Assembly (NCBI GenBank): GCA_964019335.1 | Contig: OZ025734.1 | Span: 186,001-250,000 of the forward strand | Direction: 5' to 3' | Source of the DNA: Diplonema japonicum | Lineage: Eukaryota > Protista > Euglenozoa: Diplonemea | DNA: 64,000 nt | Part shown: positions 32,935 through 43,161 of the stretch, piece by piece | Position numbering within the stretch: position 1 is the first letter of the stretch | Layout: every line of letters begins with the position of its first letter | Position numbers and translations under genes: made by a program | Notes under the pieces: model-generated | Database searches by the model: none | The model's input: only the letters and a program-made list of their open reading frames with translations | Told to the model about the DNA's origin: nothing

Positions 32935-32937
<3 letters not shown>
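30829..32937 (-). CDS. K+-dependent Na+/Ca2+ exchanger-like (NCKX/SLC24, CaCA superfamily)
   Basis: Signal peptide, LAIVCDDYLV, alpha-1 GCTFMAFGSAAPE, alpha-2 SIGAEIPD and SNAIGSQNVNVFIGLGLPW. Confidence 0.9.
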
Positions 32938-32973
<36 letters not shown>

Positions 32974-33047
32974 GGGAATTTTTTTTTTTTTTTTTTTTTT
33001 TCCCTAAGACAAAAAATAGGGGTACACTCAAAAAAAAAAAAAAAAAA

Positions 33048-33719
33048 TCACCATTCAACGGGCATAATTTTATTTCTTTTGGTCTTCCTCGCGGTGTTTT
33101 TTTTTGAGAAGAACCTAGTCTGCATGAAGTCGATCGCACTTTCATCATCATCGTCGTCGTCGTCATCGTCATACACGAGCGGAGGCGATCGGGGGAGCTT
33201 TTTGCTTCTCCGTGTATTTCCCCTACGGGTGCGGTGCTTACGGCTGCTGTGGTGTTGGGAAGAGACAGGTGCCTGGTAACCTGGATGGGCTGGGTTCTGG
33301 TCGTCAAGTGAAAATCTGGCGAGGAGGGAGATCGAGATGGTGTGGCAGGCCAGGTGCAAAGGGAGGTCCGCCACATGCTGCTCCTTCAGGTCATAGAACT
33401 CTTGCAATTCTGTACTTTCTGTTTCCATCGTCACGTGTATATCTTCGTTAGCCCTCCGAGCACGCTCCACAACCGTTAGGAGCCTGTTTATCGCTTCCCC
33501 CTTTGCTCTTACCACGACCTCGCCGCATTCCTCTATCTTCGTCTGCACGAGCCCCACATATTCTTTTGTCCCCAAATCGCTCTTCACGATTAAGCGGTTT
33601 TTCTCTTGGCGCACGGGCTCCTTGCCCTTCACCGTTTTCACCTTCTTGTATTTTTTCGTGATTTCTGAAGCGTGAACCCACACGACCTCTTCCTCTTCTT
33701 GGTTCGGTTGTTCCCCCAT
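33048..33719 (-). CDS. Alba-domain protein, RPP25-like
   Basis: VVVRAKGEAINRLLTVVE..RR and ISISLL....LD...HPGYQAP are typical of RPP25/Alba; basic and acidic tail. Confidence 0.7.
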   Translation of the reverse strand: MGEQPNQEEEEVVWVHASEITKKYKKVKTVKGKEPVRQEKNRLIVKSDLGTKEYVGLVQTKIEECGEVVVRAKGEAINRLLTVVERARRANEDIHVTMETESTELQEFYDLKEQHVADLPLHLACHTISISLLARFSLDDQNPAHPGYQAPVSSQHHSSRKHRTRRGNTRRSKKLPRSPPLVYDDDDDDDDDESAIDFMQTRFFSKKNTARKTKRNKIMPVEW

Positions 33720-33801
33720 TTTTTTTTTTTTTTTTTTTTAAATTTGTTATTGTTGTTGTTATGTGTGTCTATTGTGATGGTACAAAAAAAAAAAAGAATT
33801 G

Positions 33802-34267
33802 TATGAGTTGTTGAAAAAAAAAAAAAAAAAAGGAAGTCGTTGTGAGACGCGCCCTCGTGACTATCATCTGAGGAAGAGAGAAAAAACTCAAAGTACAGGA
33901 GAAGCCCCCCGCTAGAGGGCCGCCCTTTGGTATGGGGGGGGGGGGGGGTTTCTTTCTGTTAATACTCCCCTTCTGGAGCATTGCTTAAAAAAAAGAGGGG
34001 GGGGGAAATAAAAGGGAAGAAACAAAACTCAAAGTACAGGACAAGCCCCCCGCTAGAGGGCCGCCCTATGGGAGGGGGGGGGGGTCTATCTGTTAATACT
34101 CCCCTTCTGGAGCATTGCTTTCATCCCGATTGAGGCCGTGAGCGTCTTGCGGAGTCGTGTGATGCGGTCCCGCTTGTAGGCGGCTTTCAATTCCATCAGC
34201 TTGTCGTGCGTGGAGCGGGTGGCGAAAATAGGCCTCCTGGAGAAACCAATAGCTGCCTTTCCTCCAA
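33802..34267 (-). mobile_element. 5'-truncated non-LTR retrotransposon remnant with 3' UTR and internal duplication
   Basis: ORF2-like C-terminus (GGKAAIGFSRRPIFATRSTH...QKGSINR). A ~100-bp block (aaactcaaagtacagga...ctggagcattgctt) is repeated at about 33884-33987 and 34026-34120. The terminal hairpin is shared with 57741-57777. Confidence 0.7.
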
Positions 34268-34612
34268 ACAAAATAATATGAACTCGTCCAGGGAAAAAAA
34301 AAAAAAGAAAAGTTGACACTTCTTTTTCTTCTTTTTTAAAATATCCGGACGACGCTAATCAAATTTACGGTACCTTCTGGTTGTCTTGGCAAATACCGCA
34401 TGTATGACCATATATATGAGTCTTTGTGAGATGCCCAAATGCCCTATTCATTAACTACCGTAAATAATATAAAGAAAACAAGTAAAACAAAACAAAACAA
34501 AAAAATATATTTATGCTCCCCCCCCCTCGCTTTTTTCCATTTCCTTTTCTTTTTTGTGTAAACAAAAATCCAAAAAAGGAGGGGGGGGTAAATGGAAATT
34601 TTTTTTCCTATT

Positions 34613-35210
34613 TTATTTCGTAGCCTGTGCCATCCTCTTCAACGTCCGTTCATCGCCAAGATCTTTCATATCGAGTGGCCGCTCGTTCGGGAAGAGGAAT
34701 GTGTCATACAGCAGCAGCTCCTTCATAAAGGCTTTGTTGGGGTGAATATTTGGACGGATTTTAAGGAGTTGTTCCATAGCTGTATCAAGCCGGGTGCCCC
34801 GTGCCCTCATGAGGTAAGCGAGCACCATTGTAACAGACCGGCTCAGCCCTGCGAAGCAGTGTACTAAAATGGCACCGAACGCCTTCTTACTCTCAACAAA
34901 TTCAAATACTTCATCGAAATAAGGCCGGAGAGACTGCTCCTCCACGTCTTCCACACACACCTCCAGCCTCGTTACGTTCTCCTGGTTTATCTGCATGTTT
35001 TTACCGCAGGTGACAACGTGCCTTATCCCCAAAACCTGGTACACCTTCGGTGTTTGGGCACTCCGAAGGCTCCCCAGGTACAGGTAATCCAAAACCATAT
35101 CAGGGTAGATCTTGTTCCACTGCATCAAGCCTTGGGGAAGCCTTCCCTCGTACCCATGCTTGAACACGGTCATGAGCTCAGGGACGTTGTCAATTGCTAA
35201 CTGTGTGTGT

Positions 35211-35244
<34 letters not shown>

Positions 35245-36332
35245 TGGCATTTTTATATACCTGATCGAGTTTAACACACGACTCCAAGAGCTCTATTGGA
35301 GGGAGGCTGCTGAGGTCGTGGTTTTCGGCGATGAAGAGTTGCTCGATTTTCTTTTTTTTTTTTCTTTTTTTTTTCTTTTTAAAAACAACATACCGGAATC
35401 TCCAGCACTTCACAGGGGAAGTGCACAAATGCGTTGTAGTCGAGGTTGCACACGGTGACGTTGCTCAAATTCGAGAAAGACGGAGGCAGAGAGCTGAGCC
35501 GGTTATGAGACACATCGATTCTTTCAAGCGTCTCGATCCTACCTATGTGGTCAGGGAGCTCTGTGATACAGTTGTGCGCGACGGTTAAACTCACCAGCGC
35601 ACTGAACGAACAAAAAAACGAAGGCAGCACCTCGATCTCGTTGTGAGACAGTATGAGTGACTCCAGCCAATCGGACGCGTTTTCCAACAACGCCGGGGCT
35701 TCTATGAGGCTGCAGTGGTCAAGATCCAGATGAACCGCCTTGACGCTGATGGCCTCTTCAATAAGAAGCTTGTCATCATCCACCATCTCTGCCCGATTTG
35801 GAAGCTTTCTGATTTTACCCTTCGGCGAGTCTACAGAAATCTCCGTCTCCGCCTCAGAATCCTCATATGTGGCCAGGGACTCATTTGCATTGGAGAAGTT
35901 CCGCTTGACAGGTTGCAGGACACAACCATTGTCGAGTTGTGGGGTACGAGATACTGAACGGTTTTTGGCCCTGCGTTTCTTGCTTCTTATGCTGGTTACA
36001 CTGCCGTCGGAGGTACGGGTGGATCTTGAGTTAGACAACGGGTCCAAGCACAGCGAGCCCTGGTTTTTTCGGTTGTATTGCATCCGGATAAAGTCGGCAT
36101 CATCTGACTCATCGCTTAGCAAGGACGAGAGTAGGTATTTTTGCCCCGTGTTTGACAACTCGCAGTTTTCGGTTGTGTCAGGGCACACGACGGCATCCTC
36201 AGGCAGCAGCAATCCTTGTGTCGAGGTGGACGCGGGTTTTGGAGGCACTACTCTTTCGCGTTCCTTCTCTTCCACCTCGATGTGTTTCGTCTGGTCATGT
36301 TTTTTCACAGACTGGCTGTTGCCGCATCCCAT
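34613..36332 (-). CDS. LRR-containing dual-specificity phosphatase, 3 exons, ~538 aa
   Basis: MGCGNS acylation-type N-terminus, LRRs, YLYLGS and catalytic VHCFAGLSRS. Exons 36332-35394, 35350-35261 and 35200-34613; introns of 43 and 60 nt (GT..AG). Confidence 0.85.
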
Positions 36333-36469
36333 CCCCCCCTCCTCCCCTGTGTTGTGGTGTGCTGACTGGAAGCTAAAAAACAACAGTACACAGGACGACA
36401 CTACAACCCTTCCAGAAAGCCGCGAAATTATAGAAAAATCAATAACAGAGGGGACGGGGAGGGGGGAAT

Positions 36470-38416
36470 CTAATCAACAAGAGAAATGTCTTGATCTAGA
36501 GTCATGATTACGAACGTTTCATGGGGTCGGCACGACTTGCTCCCTGCATCCCTCTGCGCACGGAGGTAGTGGAGAAGGGACACCTTATCCACGTTAAGGT
36601 GCACCTTGGAGTCGGTAATCTTCTGCGCGATACGTGTCGCCCCGCGGCGGATCAAACCCTTCGAAAGAAGCACAGCGAGCCCATTCTCGAAATGGTAGGG
36701 GATGTCATACATAACAGAGGCCCCCTTCGACCCTGTCATGTTCAACAGAGAGGTACGGTAAGAATCGATGACCTGGCAAGGAAGCAATTCGATTGCTGCG
36801 CCAACATCTCCTGATTCGTGAGTTAGTGCAGTGGCTGCGTTGCGTTTCAACTCCGCTTCTTGAAGCCTGCCGTGCAGCTTGAAAAGGTGGCAGAGCAGCA
36901 TCAGATCCAAATTGGTTAAATTCGACAGCTCCCTTGCTGAGTAACATCCTTCAAACGCAAGAAGCTCGTCGCCTTCGGCGAGCACCTCATCAGCATAGAG
37001 ATCGTCAGGAGGGGTGTCCGCACATTTAATAGAGAATTCCCTCGGTACCTTTTCAAACCGCGATGTGGCGTAGAAGTGAAAAGCAAGCTTCGGCGCGATC
37101 TCCTGCGCGATCTCCCTGGCGTTGGTTAAACCATCGATATGAGAAGCAAGCGGGGTAAGAAGGTCGTTTCTGTTCGATAAAAGCCGGCCGATCCAGATCT
37201 TCAACATAACCCCTATCTCATTAAAACTACCCGTTACGTACATTGGCTTAAGAAGAAGCGGTGAACCGGCTATCATTGAAACTACTGCGTTCCACGATTT
37301 GACAGCTAGTTGCGAGGCTTTGAGTTGTTTCACACCCGTGGCGAGAAGACCCATCCCACACACGTCGCCTCCGGAAGTAGTTGTGAGCCAAACCCCGGTA
37401 ATGTTCATGTCTCTCGGAGGCCATAGCTCGTGATGTGATGTGATTTTTGAAGCGCCTCGTGTTGTTTTGTCACACCCGATCTCCAACGGTCGTTCAGATA
37501 CGTTCCCATTCTCGTCGACCTCAACAGCGGAGGAGCTCGCTATGCTCTGCGGTTCCCCTTTCGTCACGATTTTAACGTACAAAACCTTCCGGTCGTTGCT
37601 CAGTGAAACTGTTAAAACCCGTCCTTCCCCGGGGACCCCGAAAATCGGCAATTTTTGCGGTAAATCCGGGGAATGGAGGGTGAGACGGTTGGACACCATT
37701 TCCGCGATTGCGTTTTGGGTGAACCCCCTGAAATCGATCACTTTCTTCGAAATCCTGGAAACGACACGGGCGTCGAGAGTAAGCCCCGACAGTTTTGTAC
37801 AGGTCTCGATGACCATCGACACCCTGCTGATCGCGGATTTGTTGTGAATCAAATTGGTTATGTAGTACAAAAAATCCCTTGACTCGTAAGGCTTCAACTC
37901 GCCTGTGATCCAGATTACAACTCTACTGGAATAAGTCTCAAGGTACGACGTCAGGGTATCTTTGTCACGTTTCATCTCTGTGTAGCTTTCCACGATATTG
38001 TCCGACCCGCAGGTTCGAAGTCCAGACACAACAGCTTTAAACGCTTCAGCCGAGTTTTCTATAGAGTCTACTGTTATAACAATAAATGAGCTGTTGCACA
38101 TGTAGGATTCGAGGCCGCATGTGGAGCATGATCCTTTTATGTCTTTCCAAGGGTGGATCTTTCTGAAGACGCGTTGAAGCGCGGCGGTGACGACCGATGA
38201 CTTTCCTGATTGTCTGGGGGCCTTTACTACTAGGAAAGGCGGCGATCCGTCCGTTTTGAGGATGTGCTTCTCCACCGTTTGGATCTCTCGGGCCAGGCCT
38301 GTGGGCTCGAGCTCTGTGTCGTACAACCGTCGATCTGCTTCTCTGAGGCACACTGTTCTCCATTCTTGTAACAGCGTGCTATTAGTACCGGAGTCATACG
38401 GCCGTTTAAGGGACAT
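36470..38416 (-). CDS. Divergent origin recognition complex subunit 4-like AAA+ protein
   Basis: Walker A-like APRQSGKS, FLYYITNL, arginine-finger region LDARVVSRIS (cf. ORC4 LEKRVKSRFS) and winged-helix start LSNLTNLDLMLL. Confidence 0.6.
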   Translation of the reverse strand: MSLKRPYDSGTNSTLLQEWRTVCLREADRRLYDTELEPTGLAREIQTVEKHILKTDGSPPFLVVKAPRQSGKSSVVTAALQRVFRKIHPWKDIKGSCSTCGLESYMCNSSFIVITVDSIENSAEAFKAVVSGLRTCGSDNIVESYTEMKRDKDTLTSYLETYSSRVVIWITGELKPYESRDFLYYITNLIHNKSAISRVSMVIETCTKLSGLTLDARVVSRISKKVIDFRGFTQNAIAEMVSNRLTLHSPDLPQKLPIFGVPGEGRVLTVSLSNDRKVLYVKIVTKGEPQSIASSSAVEVDENGNVSERPLEIGCDKTTRGASKITSHHELWPPRDMNITGVWLTTTSGGDVCGMGLLATGVKQLKASQLAVKSWNAVVSMIAGSPLLLKPMYVTGSFNEIGVMLKIWIGRLLSNRNDLLTPLASHIDGLTNAREIAQEIAPKLAFHFYATSRFEKVPREFSIKCADTPPDDLYADEVLAEGDELLAFEGCYSARELSNLTNLDLMLLCHLFKLHGRLQEAELKRNAATALTHESGDVGAAIELLPCQVIDSYRTSLLNMTGSKGASVMYDIPYHFENGLAVLLSKGLIRRGATRIAQKITDSKVHLNVDKVSLLHYLRAQRDAGSKSCRPHETFVIMTLDQDISLVD

Positions 38417-38470
38417 TTCTCCCCTCCCCTCTCTGAAGAGAAATTTTAGAGGGAAAAAAAAAAATATATA

Positions 38471-39431
38471 TATGAGTTAAAGGAGGCCGGTGTTGGCGGC
38501 GCCCTGCACAAAAAAGAAAAGAGGAACTGGCCGTTGTTTGTACGTGCCGGATCTGAGCGAAGACCAAGCGGAGACTCTCCGCATTGGTTTGGACCTCACT
38601 GAGGTCTGGTGATGGAGGGGACTCCACCTCCGGGTCCGTCTGGGCCAAAGCTTCACCAAGCTTTTTAACCGCCCAAATGCATGGGGGGCACACCCACTGG
38701 GTGGAATCTTCCACTGGAAGAAACGCCTTACTTAGGCGTGGTGGGCAGCGAGAGGACAAACATGTCCTCTGCCCTTTAGCGCCACACCTCGCACAGTGCA
38801 CCGCAGTGTCACCGTGCGAGGTGTCGCACTCCTCGAAGATGCAATCCGCGAGGTGAGGGGCACGAGTGCTTCCCGACGGGTATTCGAGGTCCGCGTATTG
38901 GACCAGATCATCCCAGTCTAGTGCCGTCATATTTTTGTATGTACGTGCCGGGTAAAACCTGGAGAAGTTTGTCAACCCGAAACACGTTGCCAACGTTCCC
39001 CTTTTGCTTAGACAAGACAAAGACTCGTTCTTGCAAAAAAAAAAAAAAAAACACTAATTTCTTTTTTTTTTTTTTTTTCAATTGGCCACATCGACGTCTA
39101 CGGCGATTACAGGGATCTGGTTGCCGAGGCCATCTGATACCATTTCGGTCTTTTCGGCTTTCCGTCGTACGTTCCTCTCCCAGGTTGTGGTGTTCCCCCG
39201 ATCCAAGGGGCTTGGTGACTCGTTGCCAAAACGTCGTTTCTTCGTCTCGGTGGGCTCGCACTGTTCCATTGGTTCCTCCACTTCAGGCGGAGGGCGCATG
39301 CTTTCATCCCCATTGAAGGCAGCCCTCCACCATGTCCTATAGTAAGTCCGCTGCTCATCGGTGCATCCCCCCCACTGCTGAAGGTACGCCCTCATGATGT
39401 GAAGGCTAGGAGCATCCCAGCCCCCTTCCAT
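38471..39431 (-). mobile_element. Degenerate repeat/retroelement remnant with a PHD-like zinc finger
   Basis: Fragmented ORFs with C..C/CARC/..TC/WVCPPC. 38940-39035 is homologous to 1680-1780 and partly to 30015-30062. It ends in the same hairpin-AACTCATA motif as the LINE copies. Confidence 0.45.
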
Positions 39432-39710
39432 CTTGTCTACCCCCGCCCTGCTGCGCTGATGAATTCTTTATTTTTTTTCTTCTTCACAAAGGAAAATGGA
39501 ACAAAAAAAAAAAACTATGGGGGGGAAAAAAGTGAAACAAAACAAAAAAAAAAAGAAAAAAGTTACAAAAAGATGATTTCTCACGAGAAATAACAAATAA
39601 AAAAAAAGGGACTGAAACGAAAAAAAAACTTTTTGGGAGGGGGGGGGAAAGAAGAAAATACAAAAAAAAAAAAAAAATGGGTGGGTCAGATAACTTTCTT
39701 TCTGTTCTCT

Positions 39711-41477
39711 TCACCACCTTCCTGGAAGTGTGGACGAGGTAACTTGCGACCGTCTAGAAGGCGACACTGAGCGGGCCATGGGTGAACGAGACAGGTAAGT
39801 ACCCGGAATAGAAGGAGAAGCCGCTTGAGAAGGAACCCCACCACCAGTACCACCAGACTGCGCTACAACATATCTCTTCTTGTGCACAGAAGAAGATATG
39901 GAATCTGGTACCACCGGATGCCTCATCCAAGACTTAATCCTGCCATTTTCCTTCCCCGTCCAGTATGCAGGGTGGTGCGCACCAACCTTCGTCAACCCTG
40001 CTCCGCAAGCCGACACGATCTCCTCTTCTCCTTTCGTCCCTTTCACCCCCATGTATTTATGGTAAAAGTTGGACAAGACCCGATACTCGTCTTCCGTTGG
40101 GTCGGTGGCAATTTCAACACGTTTCTTTGCAGAGAATGTACCGCGGGAGGCGGTTCCGTACTCGTTGCATATGCTTCCGGGGGTGGTGCGTGTCAACCGG
40201 GGGTTTGTTTGCCAAGTGCTACGCGTTGGTAGAAGATCGTTGTTGTTGCTGTTGGTGTTGTTGTCCGAAGCCTTCTGGCCTGTCAGGTAGGTTAACTTGT
40301 CAGAGTACCAGCTTTCCTGCTGCATTGCTTCGATGGTCTTGTTTGCGTCTTCGAGCTTTGCGGTGAGGATTTTCTGCTTGGAAATGTATTCCCGAACGTG
40401 TTCTCTGTCCCCCCCCCGTTTGAGAACTTCGTTGTCTTTTTCGATCTGCGCGACGTGCTTGTGCAGCAGTGCCAGCGCTGAGCCTTGTCGAGCGGATTCT
40501 TGTTTTTGCCGCGATAGATTTTTTTTAACAGATTCCAGTTCGGATAGGGAATCGTGGAGGTCTTTGGTTTTCTGTTCTAGTGCGGACTTGAGCTGCTCCT
40601 GCTGGGTGACCTGTTCGGAGTGCATTGAGACTTTTTCTCGTTCGGCTCCGCTTTCCATCTGCCGTATTTTCTTCTTCAGTTTTTCGTTTTCGAAAACCAG
40701 GTCCTTGTTCATCCGCTCCGCCTCGTTTAACTTGCCAGCTTGTTCTTCTAGTGTATTTCTGAGCTCTTTGATGATGGCCCGTTCTGCGTCGATTTGAAGC
40801 TTGTGGTGCTTCACCCGTCCTTTGAGTTTCACACAGTTTTCACAATCCGGGCTTCCTTTGATTTCTGGTTCGTGTTCGTCCGCTTGTGTGGGTCCCGTGC
40901 TTTTCGACCGTTCTAGAGTGTTGTAGAATTTCTTCGCTTCGCGGTTTTCAAGGACCTCGCGGAGGCCTTTTCTGCAGTATTCCAGTGTTTCTTGTATTTT
41001 CAGCCCTTTTGTCAGACCGGTTGTAATCTGTTTGAAGCTGTCCAAGTGGATTTCGCTCGATGGCGTTTCGTGTTGAACAACAAGAGAGGTTAGCTCCTCT
41101 GTGGGCAACCCGCTTGGAAGTTTTTCAAGCATTGCAACCACTTCAGAGGTAGGGAGGAGATCCGTGCCTGAAGGGTCGGCTAGTCTGAATAGTTCTGTAT
41201 ATTTCACACATTTAAACCCTTCCAGGATTTGTGCGGTAGACTGGTTTTGCAGTAATTTCACGGTTTCGACGACGTTGATGAACTCATCCGCGTCTATCGA
41301 GCCGCTTGCGTCCTCGTCGCACTGTTTGAATATTTCTTCGATTTGGGTCAGAGGTGGGGAGTTCCCGAAGGACGCCATGAACCTGCTCAGCTCGGTGAGC
41401 CCTATGACACCGTTGCCGTCGGTGTCCATGAGCGCAAAAATCTCATGGTACTCTCCTTCCTCTTTGTCAGAGGGCAT
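39711..41477 (-). CDS. EF-hand and coiled-coil protein
   Basis: Calmodulin-like EF hands DTDGNGVIGLTE and DEDASGSIDADE, then a degenerate pair and a long coiled coil. Confidence 0.8.
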   Translation of the reverse strand: MPSDKEEGEYHEIFALMDTDGNGVIGLTELSRFMASFGNSPPLTQIEEIFKQCDEDASGSIDADEFINVVETVKLLQNQSTAQILEGFKCVKYTELFRLADPSGTDLLPTSEVVAMLEKLPSGLPTEELTSLVVQHETPSSEIHLDSFKQITTGLTKGLKIQETLEYCRKGLREVLENREAKKFYNTLERSKSTGPTQADEHEPEIKGSPDCENCVKLKGRVKHHKLQIDAERAIIKELRNTLEEQAGKLNEAERMNKDLVFENEKLKKKIRQMESGAEREKVSMHSEQVTQQEQLKSALEQKTKDLHDSLSELESVKKNLSRQKQESARQGSALALLHKHVAQIEKDNEVLKRGGDREHVREYISKQKILTAKLEDANKTIEAMQQESWYSDKLTYLTGQKASDNNTNSNNNDLLPTRSTWQTNPRLTRTTPGSICNEYGTASRGTFSAKKRVEIATDPTEDEYRVLSNFYHKYMGVKGTKGEEEIVSACGAGLTKVGAHHPAYWTGKENGRIKSWMRHPVVPDSISSSVHKKRYVVAQSGGTGGGVPSQAASPSIPGTYLSRSPMARSVSPSRRSQVTSSTLPGRW

Positions 41478-41617
41478 TTTCTTGGATTTTTTTTGGAGGG
41501 GGGAGGGAAAGTACTTTTTTAAAAAAAGTTTTTTTTTTTGCGAAATGAAGGGAAAAAAAAAAAAAAAAAATCACAGCTAAAGAAGGAAGGGAGAGACGGG
41601 GTGAGAGGGGGTGAGAG

Positions 41618-41663
<46 letters not shown>

Positions 41664-42234
41664 GGTCTTTTAACAATTGGCAAAATAAGAAAATGGCAAA
41701 AAAAAAAAAAAATTGGTGAAATTGGGATGGGGAGGGGAGCTACACAAAAGAAAAAAAAAAGTGAGGGTAAAAAAAGAAGGGGGGGGGGACGTAACCGGAA
41801 CTAAAACTTTTTTGATTTCTTTTTTTTTTTTTATTTCCTTTCTTTTTTTTTTTGACGCTTCTTTTTGTTTTTCTTCCCTCTTTTGTATTGCCTGTTTGCA
41901 CACTCCCCCTTATAAAAGGGAAGCAAATGGAGAAAAAAAAAAAACACACACACAAAAAAAAAGCACAAATGGGAGATAAAAAAATATTGCCAAGCAAGAA
42001 ATAACACGTGAGAGGAGGGAAAAAAGAGGAGGGGAAAAAAAAAAGCCACCCCATCAAAGAGTAGGATAATAGTATTTCTTTTTTGACACCTTGGATCTCT
42101 ATTTGAGTTCTTAAATTTCCCTTGGAGGAGCCCCCTCTGAGAAAATTCCCATTTCTTGCTTTATTGAAGGGGTGCGAATTGCTTCAGAAAGACGCAATTT
42201 GCGTTTCAGTAGATTTTGGGAAGTTATCACTAAG

Positions 42235-42268
<34 letters not shown>

Positions 42269-43161
42269 TAAAGTAACCATTAAGGGCTGCCTCTTGTGGT
42301 GTGAAGAAAAATGCTGACTCTAGAAACCCGAAGGGTTAAAAAAAAAAAAAAAAAAAAGTGAACAAAAATTTTTATCCAATTTTATTTCTTCCGAATTTCT
42401 AGAAAAAAACTAAAAGGGGGGAGCGGGGGGGGGGGGGGGGGGGGGAAGGGGCAGTTCACATTTCTCTCATTTTCATTTTTTTTTTTTTTTTTGGAATTCA
42501 AGGCAGTCTTCTTTCGTTGATATAGAAGGGGAATGAGTGTCCGAAAAAAAAAATGTTTGAGTAAAAAGAGGGAGTGGAGTGGAGGGGGAGGGGGTCAAGC
42601 TATAATTTCGTGTAAAAAAAAAAAAAAAGAGATTGCAGAAATAAACATAGAATAACGTATGCTACTACTTGGAGAAGTAAAACAATTCAAAAAAAAAAAA
42701 GGAACAAAGAGGGGATACAAATAAAAAATGACTAAAGAAAGATTAACCAAAAAGAAAATTCAAAAAAAAAATCTTTCTTATAACCCTCTCCCCTCAATGC
42801 CCATACTTATGTATAGATGAAAAGAAAAGACAACGCCTCAAATCTCTAAAAGCGTCCGGAAGAAAATTGCAAAAGCTGAACAACTGATTTTTTTTTTAAA
42901 CTTCCCAAGGGGGGGAAAATGTACTTACAACTCCAAAACTCCCCCCCCCCCCCCCCCCCCCGCCAAAACCTTCAGAAAAAAAAAGGGGAGGAAAAAAAAA
43001 ATACTTTTTTTCTCGATTTTCTCTCACGATTGACCAGACAGAGTTTCAGAGTTTGTGGGACGCGAAAAACAAAAAAAAAAAAGAAGAGGTTACAATCCAA
43101 TACGATTCGAGTGTTAAAAAAAAAAAAAAAAAAAGAGCTTGCCCCGTGTCTTTGTTCTCTT

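Noticed and set aside
33885-33905. CTGTACTTT similarity to a euglenozoan spliced-leader 3' end
   Set aside because: Only ~9 nt match, with no full SL exon or donor; it lies in a retroelement 3' UTR.
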